DNA of 36,601 nucleotides from a virus: IMG/VR virus record IMGVR_UViG_3300025669_000013. One strand, given 5' to 3'. The position numbers were made by a program, and so were the translations under genes. Under the pieces are notes generated by a model. The model saw only the letters and a program-made list of their open reading frames with translations, was not told the DNA's origin and searched no databases. Below are positions 22,110 through 30,472 of the stretch, piece by piece (position 1 is the first letter of the stretch; each line of letters starts with the position of its first letter).

Positions 22110-23311
22110 TATCTGTATCTCTCTAATTGTTCCGGGGTTGCCTCTTGAGTTGGTGTTTGTATTTGCGGTTTAGATATTGACACGCCACCGAAACCGAATT
22201 CTTCAGCATTTGGATAGGCAGTTGCTTTTTCAATGATGCTATCATAAATTTGTTCCAGTCTGTCTAGGTTCCTTGTCAACTGCTCTGGACTTTGATCCAA
22301 TTCTATCGAACCCATGACGGCCTCAAGTTGTTTCATTTCACGTTCTGAGATTGCACCCAATGCGCCACCGGTCTTTGATGCTTCTCGCATTGCTTGCAGT
22401 CTATCAAATCCGACATTTGCTCCGATTGTATTCTTTAACGCTTCAGCGTCTTTTCTTGCCGATCCCGGAACTTCTGATGCAATGCCACCAGTTGGACCGG
22501 TTACGGGATTGTAAAACGCTTGATCTGAGATGATCGACCTTAGTCTTCCAATATCTTCTTTGACTATATTAGCAGTCCTGGCAGTTGTCTGCCTCTGTGA
22601 TTCCGTTTTTTTCCCAGTCTCTATTGTTTTTTTAGCGGGTGGGCCTCCTTTAATCTCGTACATCTCGTATCCTTCAGCCGTTTTTCTTGCTGCATATCCG
22701 GGAGGAATTTTCCCTAATCTATCCCCGGATGGGCCGGTATTGACATTGATCGTTTGACCTTTCCCACCAAGTCTCACAAATTGACCTTTTGGCGAAATTT
22801 GATATGGTGAAGTGTCTGTTATTCCTGCAGCCAGTTTTTCTGGATCGGTTGCGATTCTATAACCGGTTTTTTCGGCTTTCGGTGCGGGCGGTCTTTTCAA
22901 TACATTTGTTTGATACCCTAATTCAACACGTTGTTTTATCGCTTCCTGTGCGCTTTTCTTCGCATTAGGGTCACCGCTCTGCATATTCCGCAAAAGCCTT
23001 TTAGTGGTGTCTGAATTGATTCCTCTGCTATCTAAACCTGCAATCCTCTCTTGTGTTCTAGCGATCTGCTCAGATTCAGGAAGTCCGGAAATTTCAGCGG
23101 CGAATATTATCGTTTCTTTTTTAAATCTTTCCATGTCTTCAATTTCTGCTTTCTTTTGACCTGCCGCGATTGCCCTTTTTTCACCTAAGACGCCCCTTTC
23201 TTCTTTGGCCTGGGCTGTTTGGATACCTTTTACTTGCCCGTATGCCCCGAGCCCTTGTAATATTAATTGGCCGTAGTCCGGTCCGTACTCTGGTTGTATT
23301 GTTCTCGCCAT
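22109..23311 (-). CDS. Putative internal virion / ejection protein (400 aa).
   Basis: The call rests on position in the module. The gene is TAATG-coupled to the 1058-aa gene and has no recognisable catalytic motif. Confidence 0.4.
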   Translation of the reverse strand: MARTIQPEYGPDYGQLILQGLGAYGQVKGIQTAQAKEERGVLGEKRAIAAGQKKAEIEDMERFKKETIIFAAEISGLPESEQIARTQERIAGLDSRGINSDTTKRLLRNMQSGDPNAKKSAQEAIKQRVELGYQTNVLKRPPAPKAEKTGYRIATDPEKLAAGITDTSPYQISPKGQFVRLGGKGQTINVNTGPSGDRLGKIPPGYAARKTAEGYEMYEIKGGPPAKKTIETGKKTESQRQTTARTANIVKEDIGRLRSIISDQAFYNPVTGPTGGIASEVPGSARKDAEALKNTIGANVGFDRLQAMREASKTGGALGAISEREMKQLEAVMGSIELDQSPEQLTRNLDRLEQIYDSIIEKATAYPNAEEFGFGGVSISKPQIQTPTQEATPEQLERYR

Positions 23312-23321
23312 TTGTCACCCC

Positions 23322-24116
23322 TTAGAAATTTATGTCTATTCCGCTGCCGCTGAAGTCCATCATACCATCCATCATGCCGCCGCCACTCATGTTATAATTT
23401 CCAGCGCTAACATTTCCGCCGATATTTTGCCCGTATTGATTTGAGTTGTAATTCGGAGCTATGCCACCCGCAAAAACTGGTTTGACTGCTGCCGCTTTGG
23501 CCGCTGCGATTTTAGCCGCTTGATTTGTTGAATTAAGACCTAATGCCGTTTTGCTAACTCCTAAATCAGCGCCTGTCATTGTTTGACCTGCAACCATTCC
23601 TCTATTTGCGAGCGTTCCGAGTCTGTTGAATTGGTTATCATAATCCTGTTGCGCAAATCCGACTCCCTGCTCAACTAATGCCGACCTCACATTACCGCCA
23701 CCTAGCCCGCCCAATTTTGCGGCGTTTCTGACTAATGCTTTTTCAGAACGTTCCCGCATGAATTTTTGACCAGGGGATTCGTTGAATCTTCCCATTGCGG
23801 CTGATTGCTCTTCTGGTGTCCCAAGTCCTAATAATGCGGCCTGCTCTCCTGATGCTTGCTGTCCTGTCTGTGAATACGGGTTTAGTAAACCGCTTGAATA
23901 GTCACGTTTTGACTGTGCCCTCTCTGCGCCGAATGTAGCAGATTGACCAAATTGCTCTTTTCTCTGCGCCAATTCTTCTGCTGACAACGCCCTATCTGCT
24001 GCGTTCTGTGCTGCGTTCGCTGAATTAGCGTCAGACATTGCTGCCCTGTTCTGGTTTGCTCCATAAACCCCTGCTATCACCGTTCCCGCTCCTACTGCTA
24101 CTGCAACCCAGCTCAT
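23322..24116 (-). CDS. Putative internal virion / ejection protein with an N-terminal TM helix; rich in G/A/Q/N (264 aa).
   Basis: MSWVAVAVGAGTVIAGVYGA is a hydrophobic N-terminus and the body is low-complexity. The call also rests on position in the module. Confidence 0.4.
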   Translation of the reverse strand: MSWVAVAVGAGTVIAGVYGANQNRAAMSDANSANAAQNAADRALSAEELAQRKEQFGQSATFGAERAQSKRDYSSGLLNPYSQTGQQASGEQAALLGLGTPEEQSAAMGRFNESPGQKFMRERSEKALVRNAAKLGGLGGGNVRSALVEQGVGFAQQDYDNQFNRLGTLANRGMVAGQTMTGADLGVSKTALGLNSTNQAAKIAAAKAAAVKPVFAGGIAPNYNSNQYGQNIGGNVSAGNYNMSGGGMMDGMMDFSGSGIDINF

Positions 24117-24637
24117 AAAACCTCCAATTTTAAATCACTTACCTGTGATTCTAGTTCCTTAATATCATCCTGCATTAATAAAACTTCCTCTTCGTCCGTG
24201 TAAACAGTATCTTTTTCAATTTCGGAAATATCCGTTTTTTCCGTGGCGTGGATAGTTGTGAATTTCATATCTTCAAAAGCGTAAAATACTTTTTTTGTTC
24301 CTGGTTCTGATTTGAAGAATTCACCACCACACACAAGTTTTCCTTGCCCTTCAATTAACACATTTGCTTTGCCGGTATGAACAATATTGAAGTGCTCAGT
24401 TTTGTGAGTCTTACCGATTAAAACTGTCCCAGCCGGAATAAAAATGGTTCTGGCATAAACACCCGGGGAAAAACTGTCTTTTGTTTCCAACTCTACCTGC
24501 GGTAGTTTCTTTAAATCTTCCTGAAAGTCAAACAACCATTTCAGATAATAAAGCAGTTCATTCAACCCAGTCAGGTTTTTGTTTGAGTTCGATTCCATTT
24601 CCTTTAAACACATAAGCGTCCGTTGTTTCGCTGGCAT
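24113..24637 (-). CDS. Cupin-like beta-barrel protein with a C-terminal coiled coil; start uncertain (24637, 24613 or 24598).
   Basis: PGVYARTIFIPAGTVLIGKTHKTEHFNIVHTGKANVLIEG resembles a cupin strand pattern. The gene overlaps the upstream ORF by 41-80 nt. Confidence 0.35.
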   Translation of the reverse strand: MPAKQRTLMCLKEMESNSNKNLTGLNELLYYLKWLFDFQEDLKKLPQVELETKDSFSPGVYARTIFIPAGTVLIGKTHKTEHFNIVHTGKANVLIEGQGKLVCGGEFFKSEPGTKKVFYAFEDMKFTTIHATEKTDISEIEKDTVYTDEEEVLLMQDDIKELESQVSDLKLEVL

Positions 24638-25058
24638 GTAATAAAACTATATCGCTATCATTTGGAAGACACACACAAGATGCAGCGCCTGGATCCGTTG
24701 TCTTTTGTTGTCCGATACACGGTTGAAAATATGCTGCGTCAGCATTTGAAAAAACTAATGGTAAAGTTAAATCGACTCTTGTTCGTAATGCGCTGGCCAC
24801 TGTGTAGACAAAACAAAAATCAACGTTCCAAATTCTGTCGTCTGTTAAATATGGGATCGCCCACCCTCTTTTCAATGATACGATTGCTGGATCTGAAGAG
24901 ATGGTAAAATCTCCTGATCCATCAGTGTCTGCAATATATCTTTTTTTCCAAGATCCAGCCGAGAGCTCACCCAAAAATCTGAAAAACCTGTTTAATTGAA
25001 ACCCTTTTTCGTCTATGATCAGTTCAGCTTTTTGTGGAACTCTGAATCTAGGCTGCAT
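24558..25058 (-). CDS. Hypothetical virion-module protein (166 aa).
   Basis: The ORF lies between the gp10-like gene and the ejection-protein genes. There are no recognisable motifs. Confidence 0.45.
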   Translation of the reverse strand: MQPRFRVPQKAELIIDEKGFQLNRFFRFLGELSAGSWKKRYIADTDGSGDFTISSDPAIVSLKRGWAIPYLTDDRIWNVDFCFVYTVASALRTRVDLTLPLVFSNADAAYFQPCIGQQKTTDPGAASCVCLPNDSDIVLLHASETTDAYVFKGNGIELKQKPDWVE

Positions 25059-26502
25059 TAGTCATCTCCACATCAAGTTTGATGAATGTTCTCTTGATTG
25101 GATCGGTGATTCTGAATCTGAATATCCGGCTCTGTTCTGAAATTCCCAGTCTTCTCCATTCTGCTCTTCTGAAATATTCGCCAATTCCTCCCAGGTCAGT
25201 CCATAATTCATATGACCAATTCCGGCCACCATCATCTGAAAAATCCATCATTACCTGGGGATCACTTCCTTGCCCTGTGATTAATCCCTGGCCTGCGTCA
25301 ATGATCAATTCGACTTCATGAAAAATCGTTGCCATATTTTTCACAAATATCGGAGGTGTCACTTTTTCCGATAGTAATACCGCTGTATATTCCTTGTAAA
25401 CATCCTCGTCTAGATACCCGATTCTGCCATCAATCGCGTCTGAAACGACTAATTTATTATAAACATAATCGACACTTGCTATTCGCCAGGCGTTGTCAGC
25501 TACACCTGTTTGTTGTTCAAACCATACTTTTCTTTCGGATAGTCTGGTTGCAGTGACATTAAAAACAAAAGTTCTGGAACTGACAACCACTGACCTGAAA
25601 GTAAACCCTACAAAAGCATGACCGTTTATTCCGTATGTGAATGAATAAGCTTCTGATATTTCATCGACTGTGAATTTTTGAATCTCTGTGTCAATTGCAT
25701 CAGAACTGATTTTTTCGGGTTCTCCTGATGATCCAGCCCTGTATATTGACGTTCTTTCATTCTTGCCACCGCCGACGAAGTATAGTGCACCTTCCCATTG
25801 AATGGGCGTGTATTTAGCATGACAGCCTTTTTCATAGCTTGCCCCCTCGATTCTTTGATAAGGGAAACCGGCTCCGCCGATATTTTGAAATAACTCTGTT
25901 GTATATTCTCCCAAAATATAAACATAATCATAGTTTGCAAATCCAGCAACAATCAAATCAGGGCTTAATTCTGCTGTTCCAAAATCCAAAGCGTCTATTG
26001 TCCCGGGCGTGTTCAAATTAGACGTAAACCATTTTTTACCGTCTGATTGCGTGTAGATAAAATACCCGTCTGAAAAAGAAACCGTGTCAGAAGTTACATA
26101 ACTAACATCTGTAATTGTGGCCAGCGTGGTTGTGGCTGCTGTGTATGTGTAAGCAAGCCCGCCGGGAACAACAATCGCCATTACCAGGCCATTATGAGCA
26201 ATTGAAACACGTTTTGTTCCTGCTATGGTTCCAAGTGCTGTTTTTGTTCCTGAGCTGTCGAAACTGTTCAAAGCGGTTCCGTTGATCACATAAAGAACGC
26301 CACCCATTACAACGGCTCCCCGGCTCTTATTGCTTCCCAATGCCCCGCCGGTTCCCAGTTGAACAATTCCAGGTGTGCCGAATAAAACAGCCTCGCTCCA
26401 TGCCTGATCTTGTGCTATTGCTGCGTACATATTTACGCATCTCTGAGCTGAGAAAGGCATTGAACCTGATTCGTAAGCGCCTAAGCCGAGTGGTATTTTC
26501 AT
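25048..26502 (-). CDS. P22 gp10-like tail hub / packaged-DNA stabilisation protein.
   Basis: At 484 aa it is close to the 472 aa I recall for P22 gp10, and it follows the gp4-like gene. The N-terminus (VNMYA...GTPG...RG...G.LY.V.G..L) and the C-terminus (WRRLGI...FRFRIT) parallel my recollection of gp10. Confidence 0.6.
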   Translation of the reverse strand: MKIPLGLGAYESGSMPFSAQRCVNMYAAIAQDQAWSEAVLFGTPGIVQLGTGGALGSNKSRGAVVMGGVLYVINGTALNSFDSSGTKTALGTIAGTKRVSIAHNGLVMAIVVPGGLAYTYTAATTTLATITDVSYVTSDTVSFSDGYFIYTQSDGKKWFTSNLNTPGTIDALDFGTAELSPDLIVAGFANYDYVYILGEYTTELFQNIGGAGFPYQRIEGASYEKGCHAKYTPIQWEGALYFVGGGKNERTSIYRAGSSGEPEKISSDAIDTEIQKFTVDEISEAYSFTYGINGHAFVGFTFRSVVVSSRTFVFNVTATRLSERKVWFEQQTGVADNAWRIASVDYVYNKLVVSDAIDGRIGYLDEDVYKEYTAVLLSEKVTPPIFVKNMATIFHEVELIIDAGQGLITGQGSDPQVMMDFSDDGGRNWSYELWTDLGGIGEYFRRAEWRRLGISEQSRIFRFRITDPIKRTFIKLDVEMTNAA

Positions 26503-27065
26503 TAATTTTGTAAAGTGGTGTGTTCATACCATGACGCCTGAATAGTTCCTGGCTTTGAATCATTCAGGTATAAAGATAATTGATACAACGTGTCAGGGGC
26601 TAAGACCCATTCTTGCTCTGATCTTGCCGAACCAGCAGCAAACGTTTTTCCTTGCCCGTCTACGCCTATTATCTCATCAACGAGAGAATCCCCACCTGTA
26701 AAAAGAGTTGCATCATATGAAACTTTTCCTGCATTTGCCCCGGCGACATCGGTTATAATAGAAACATTTTTCTTGCTCCTGTTGCTGTTATAACTCTGAA
26801 TAGTTCCTGTAGGTGACGTACCGCCGCCAGTTTTGCCCTCTATAAATCTTAATCTTGCCCCTGAACTGCAAATAGCGGAAAAAATAAAATGTAAACACTT
26901 TTTACCAGCTGGTGTTCTAAAACTCAGGGTCATCATGTCGTCTGGCGCTGCTAACGCTCCAATACTTGCTACTGAATAACTCAGATTAAAATGGCTGCCT
27001 GCGTGTACTTCATGATGTGCATAATCAATAAATATTTTCTGCCCTGTCATTTTATCATCTTTCAT
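26502..27065 (-). CDS. Hypothetical virion-module protein (187 aa).
   Basis: The ORF is TAATG-coupled to the gp10-like gene. It contains an IDYAHHEVHAGSHF motif of unknown meaning. Confidence 0.5.
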   Translation of the reverse strand: MKDDKMTGQKIFIDYAHHEVHAGSHFNLSYSVASIGALAAPDDMMTLSFRTPAGKKCLHFIFSAICSSGARLRFIEGKTGGGTSPTGTIQSYNSNRSKKNVSIITDVAGANAGKVSYDATLFTGGDSLVDEIIGVDGQGKTFAAGSARSEQEWVLAPDTLYQLSLYLNDSKPGTIQASWYEHTTLQN

Positions 27066-27073
27066 AATGCCGC

Positions 27074-27511
27074 CTAAAAGTTGTCAATCGTGTTCTGTGG
27101 AAAAAATGAATAATAATCATCCTCGCAATCCTGATAATTTCCGGTTCCAATTGGCATATTTTCGGGATATTCAACATCTTGTCCCGGTTGCGATACTGTC
27201 AACATGGCATTCCAGGAGCTTGCCGCAATAGCTGCGAAACCCTGGGTAATTTGTTTCCCGAATTCAACGCATATTTCGCCGCCGACTTGCAGCTTGATTG
27301 CCCTGGTTGCATATCTCGGTTCAAACAGATCAGTATCAAGCGAAGTTACTGGATTAATGCCGGTCAATATGCCTTGTGAATTCCATTGAATAATCAAATC
27401 ATTCAGGATTTCCAGGGCATCAGCCGTTTCTGTGGCATTCAGCGGTTTATATCCAGAATTGATAGTTGCTTTTCTGAAACCGGCTTTAATTATCTTTAAT
27501 GCTGTTGTCAT
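27074..27511 (-). CDS. P22 gp4-like head-to-tail adaptor (tail accessory factor).
   Basis: IIKAGFRKATINSGYKPLNATETADALEILNDLIIQWNSQGILTG and YPENMPIGTGN...YYSFFP parallel my recollection of P22 gp4 (LVRAALRKLGV...DLEAMMAEWYQDGKGIITG; YPSRMPTGSGN...WHYFP). Confidence 0.7.
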   Translation of the reverse strand: MTTALKIIKAGFRKATINSGYKPLNATETADALEILNDLIIQWNSQGILTGINPVTSLDTDLFEPRYATRAIKLQVGGEICVEFGKQITQGFAAIAASSWNAMLTVSQPGQDVEYPENMPIGTGNYQDCEDDYYSFFPQNTIDNF

Positions 27512-27821
27512 CCAGTTTCCTTTTTAAAATTTCCTTGAGCTTTTTCAGCCCATACCTGAAATTTGTTTTCAGATCATACTCTTCATTTAGATAATCAGAC
27601 AGGTCCGAAGCATCATCAATGCTTTCCGGGTTGGCCTGCTCTTCAATTTTTTCCGCAACCTGTTCTACGGGTTCCGGTTTCTTGACTTCCTGCTTTTTTC
27701 CAAACTTTGCAGGAGTATCAACCCAACCTTTATCAAACCATTCTTTCGCCTCATCCATGAAAACTATCTTGCTGCCTTCAGTTTTATGATAGATCCATGT
27801 TTGATCTCTTGTATTGCCCAT
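27486..27821 (-). CDS. Hypothetical protein (111 aa).
   Basis: The ORF has the SD AAAGAGGAAATCATG. Its centre is acidic and Lys-rich. Confidence 0.5.
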   Translation of the reverse strand: MGNTRDQTWIYHKTEGSKIVFMDEAKEWFDKGWVDTPAKFGKKQEVKKPEPVEQVAEKIEEQANPESIDDASDLSDYLNEEYDLKTNFRYGLKKLKEILKRKLDDNSIKDN

Positions 27822-27837
27822 GATTTCCTCTTTGTGA

Positions 27838-27855
27838 GGGGGTTTTTACGCCCCC
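27838..27855 (-). other. GC hairpin, GGGGG-CGUAAAAA-CCCCC on the transcript, 6 nt after the stop at 27862.
   Basis: Read directly. No U-tract follows. Confidence 0.4.
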
Positions 27856-27861
27856 ATTTGA

Positions 27862-28056
27862 TTAAAGACCGGCGTTAATAGCGGCTCTTAACTCATCAAT
27901 CTGAGCCTGCATATTTAAAAACACCGCTCCTATCTCATTTGACGCAACTGCATCACCATCGGCCACCGTTGCCACTGTGGAAACTGACGGCTCATTGGTT
28001 GTGTATGTCACAGCAAAGGCCGTATTGGCCTCTTCAAACCTTGTTTCCATTCCCAT
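27862..28056 (-). CDS. Small capsid-module protein, paralog B (64 aa).
   Basis: It shares T[YW]TTNEP...T[VT]ADGDA..S.EIG...N...QI...ELR.AIN with the 75-aa neighbour. The SD is AGGAGGTAATTATG. Confidence 0.6.
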   Translation of the reverse strand: MGMETRFEEANTAFAVTYTTNEPSVSTVATVADGDAVASNEIGAVFLNMQAQIDELRAAINAGL

Positions 28057-28065
28057 AATTACCTC

Positions 28066-28293
28066 CTATGAATTGATTGCGGTTCGCAGTTCAAGAATTT
28101 CCGTAATCAAGGCGGTAATTTGAGTATTGTGGTTCTGCAGGATAACACCAATCTCGGTGCTGGTAGGTGCATCACCATCAGCAACCGTTGTGGTATAACT
28201 TGCAGTCGGTTCGTTGGTTGTCCATGTGATGACCTCCGCCGTTGCAGTGGTTGAGGTCATGTCATCGACAATTTCATTTTCACTATTAAACAT
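28066..28293 (-). CDS. Small capsid-module protein, paralog A (75 aa, Thr-rich).
   Basis: See paralog B. The SD is CAGGAGGTAAAAATG. Confidence 0.6.
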   Translation of the reverse strand: MFNSENEIVDDMTSTTATAEVITWTTNEPTASYTTTVADGDAPTSTEIGVILQNHNTQITALITEILELRTAINS

Positions 28294-28313
28294 TTTTACC
28301 TCCTGGGAGTGTA

Positions 28314-28327
28314 GGGGCCGAAACCCC
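28314..28327 (-). other. GC hairpin with a UUCG tetraloop (GGGGU-UUCG-GCCCC on the transcript), 6 nt after the coat-gene stop.
   Basis: Read directly. No U-tract follows. Confidence 0.45.
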
Positions 28328-28332
28328 GTTAA

Positions 28333-29574
28333 TTATTCAGTTAAAACACCGCCGAATAATGGGTTTTGAACTTTTACACCCCAATGACAATCCAGGCTGT
28401 AGATGGTTTTCTTCGTTGAAATGTCCGAACCCTTGCTGAAGCACATTGAAACGCCTTTATGCGTCAGTCTCTGAGACAATACACCTGTCCCCTTTTCCAT
28501 TTCTGCCAATCTTCCGAACACCAAAGAGATAGCGCCTGGAATGAAAAACATGTTGTGTTTGTACGCCGTTCCACCGGTTCCAGTCAGTACCACAATTGCA
28601 GCGCCGTCAACGGGTGCAGCAACACAGTTCTGATAAGGTCCAGTGATTATGATTGGAGGGCTGATAGTGAATGTTGCGTCACCTGAACCATCGGAATCAG
28701 CATCAGCGGTTACAGTAAAATTCTGCAATTCACCGGTTGACACTTTTGTTCCATCATTAACTGCATAAACACCGCATGTGAACTTATCACCCGCTTTCAA
28801 GATACCTGTTTGGGAAACTGTCCACCCATCAGTATTCAGTGTTTGGGTCTGGCTGTTTTTTGAGGCAGAATAGGTTGTGCTCTGGCTTGCCCCGTCAATC
28901 AAAGGAGTTCCAGTATTAACACCAACCGTGTGCGCTCTCAATGACTGACATTCAAATGAATTCAGTCCGCCATATCGGCCGAAATTGGCCTCTTGAATGG
29001 CTTCCTTTGCGATTTTTTCCGGAAACACAGATTTCAAACCGTCAGCCAGACTTCCTTTGGTAGTCGGAGAATAAAACGCATTCCTCTTTCCGCCATTCGG
29101 TACGCCAAGATTTGACATTCTGGTATTTTGAGCAACGACAGCCGCCATTGTTGACGGGGTTGTTCCTGCTGTGCCGATGAAATTCGCAAGATAAATGGAA
29201 TTTGCGGCGATTGAAGTCTCAACTTCCTGTGCGATCTGTTCCATCGCTGGTTCAAGCAGAAATTTGTATGTGTCTGTCATATTATAAGATCGCTCTTTTT
29301 GGGAAAGAGAGAAAACAACCTTCTTATAATAATTCAGATTAACGGGAACTGTGGCCTCTTCGATATCCGTAATATCACCCTCTGTGATTTCCGGATCATC
29401 TGAAGTAGTAAAGCGAATAGGTCGTTTTACATAAGCCGTTTCACCGATTTTACCGGTGAATAAATTCTTTTCGTCCACTTGCCTGTCGCACTTGTCCGCA
29501 AGTACAAAGGAATTCCGCATGGCCATGATAGCCATTTGCAAAATTAGTGTGGTATTTCTCCATGCATTTGACAT
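28333..29574 (-). CDS. Major capsid (coat) protein, P22 gp5-like.
   Basis: It is 413 aa and directly follows the scaffold gene. KAGDKFTCGVYAVN and the C-terminal CHWGVKVQNPLFGGVL parallel my recollection of P22 coat KRGDKISFAGVKFL and ALWYGVNATRPEAIGVGL. Confidence 0.75.
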   Translation of the reverse strand: MSNAWRNTTLILQMAIMAMRNSFVLADKCDRQVDEKNLFTGKIGETAYVKRPIRFTTSDDPEITEGDITDIEEATVPVNLNYYKKVVFSLSQKERSYNMTDTYKFLLEPAMEQIAQEVETSIAANSIYLANFIGTAGTTPSTMAAVVAQNTRMSNLGVPNGGKRNAFYSPTTKGSLADGLKSVFPEKIAKEAIQEANFGRYGGLNSFECQSLRAHTVGVNTGTPLIDGASQSTTYSASKNSQTQTLNTDGWTVSQTGILKAGDKFTCGVYAVNDGTKVSTGELQNFTVTADADSDGSGDATFTISPPIIITGPYQNCVAAPVDGAAIVVLTGTGGTAYKHNMFFIPGAISLVFGRLAEMEKGTGVLSQRLTHKGVSMCFSKGSDISTKKTIYSLDCHWGVKVQNPLFGGVLTE

Positions 29575-29595
29575 AAAAAGCCCCCTCCATGGGGC
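29575..29595 (-). other. Hairpin GCCCC-AUGGAG-GGGGC plus U5, abutting the coat start codon.
   Basis: Read directly. The coat-gene SD (GGAGG) lies in the loop and the 3' arm. Confidence 0.3.
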
Positions 29596-29617
29596 ATGTT
29601 ACGCCTTCCTTGGCCTG

Positions 29618-30424
29618 CTAATCCTCCATTTTGCCCACAATGTCTTTAACTTCATCCATTGAGAACTCCGCGTCAGGATCATCAAGACTCTTCCCGATTG
29701 CACTTTTTCCTTTTACAGGGGTCACAACCGGCGGCGCTTTTGTTTGCTGAACTGGTTTAGTTGCAGACAATTTTTCTGAGAGTTGTCCGAGTTCGACCGG
29801 TGATATGCCATCAGCTACATCAAGATTGTCAGCCAAATAAGCGACAATTTTCGGGCCTATGTCACCCTTTAAACTGTACAACGCTTCTATTGTGTCGGGA
29901 CGCATCCCAACAGATTCGGCTAAAAGATTAGCTTTTTCATCATAACCCGGAATGTTTGCAGCTGCTACTTTTTTAGCAAATCCTTGTTGAGCGTTTACCC
30001 TACTGTCATTTACTTGACCCTGGGCTTGCTCAATTTTAAAGGCTTCAATTGCTTGACCTGCCTCGTATTTTGCCGTTGCTGCATAATATTCCGCATCCGT
30101 GTCAAAATCATCATAATTGGGAGCCGGTGTATCTGGTTGCTTCGCCTGAGTCTGCTTTAATTCAGCGAGTTCAGTTTCAAGCTGTGCGGCTCTTGCTCTC
30201 TCAGTATAATAACCTGCGATTCTTTTATCCCTTGACTCTGTGCTTTCGATTTTCTCTGGAGCCGACGGCTCACCTGTTGTTTCAGGGGCGTTCGGATCAA
30301 GTTCAGGGCTTGCGACCTGTTCAGCAGTTTCTATCTCCGGTGTCTCACCCGGCTCAATCGGGGCTGATTCCGACTCTAACGCTGACAAATCTTCTTCCAG
30401 CGTTGTTTCAGCTTTCTCTGACAT
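29618..30424 (-). CDS. Scaffolding protein (268 aa from the ATG at 30424; the track start at 30430 is a GTG).
   Basis: It sits between portal and coat. The protein is acidic, rich in A/E/Q/P and predicted to be helical. The SD is GAGGTGAGCATG. Confidence 0.6.
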   Translation of the reverse strand: MSEKAETTLEEDLSALESESAPIEPGETPEIETAEQVASPELDPNAPETTGEPSAPEKIESTESRDKRIAGYYTERARAAQLETELAELKQTQAKQPDTPAPNYDDFDTDAEYYAATAKYEAGQAIEAFKIEQAQGQVNDSRVNAQQGFAKKVAAANIPGYDEKANLLAESVGMRPDTIEALYSLKGDIGPKIVAYLADNLDVADGISPVELGQLSEKLSATKPVQQTKAPPVVTPVKGKSAIGKSLDDPDAEFSMDEVKDIVGKMED

Positions 30425-30472
30425 GCTCACCTCTATGGTGGGTTTTGCTGGATTGCCTCCAGTGGGCTTTAG

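Noticed and set aside
24558-24637. An 80-nt overlap between the 166-aa and 174-aa ORFs, considered as a possible programmed frameshift site.
   Set aside because: I see no slippery heptamer or downstream structure. Internal ATGs at 24613 and 24598 shorten the overlap to 41-56 nt, and the cupin-like domain begins well after the overlap. An uncertain start is the simpler explanation.
29575-29595. The hairpin plus U5 before the coat gene, considered as a strong intrinsic terminator.
   Set aside because: The stem is only 5 bp and the U-run runs straight into the coat start codon. Full termination here would starve coat expression, so I keep it only as a possible attenuator or translation element.
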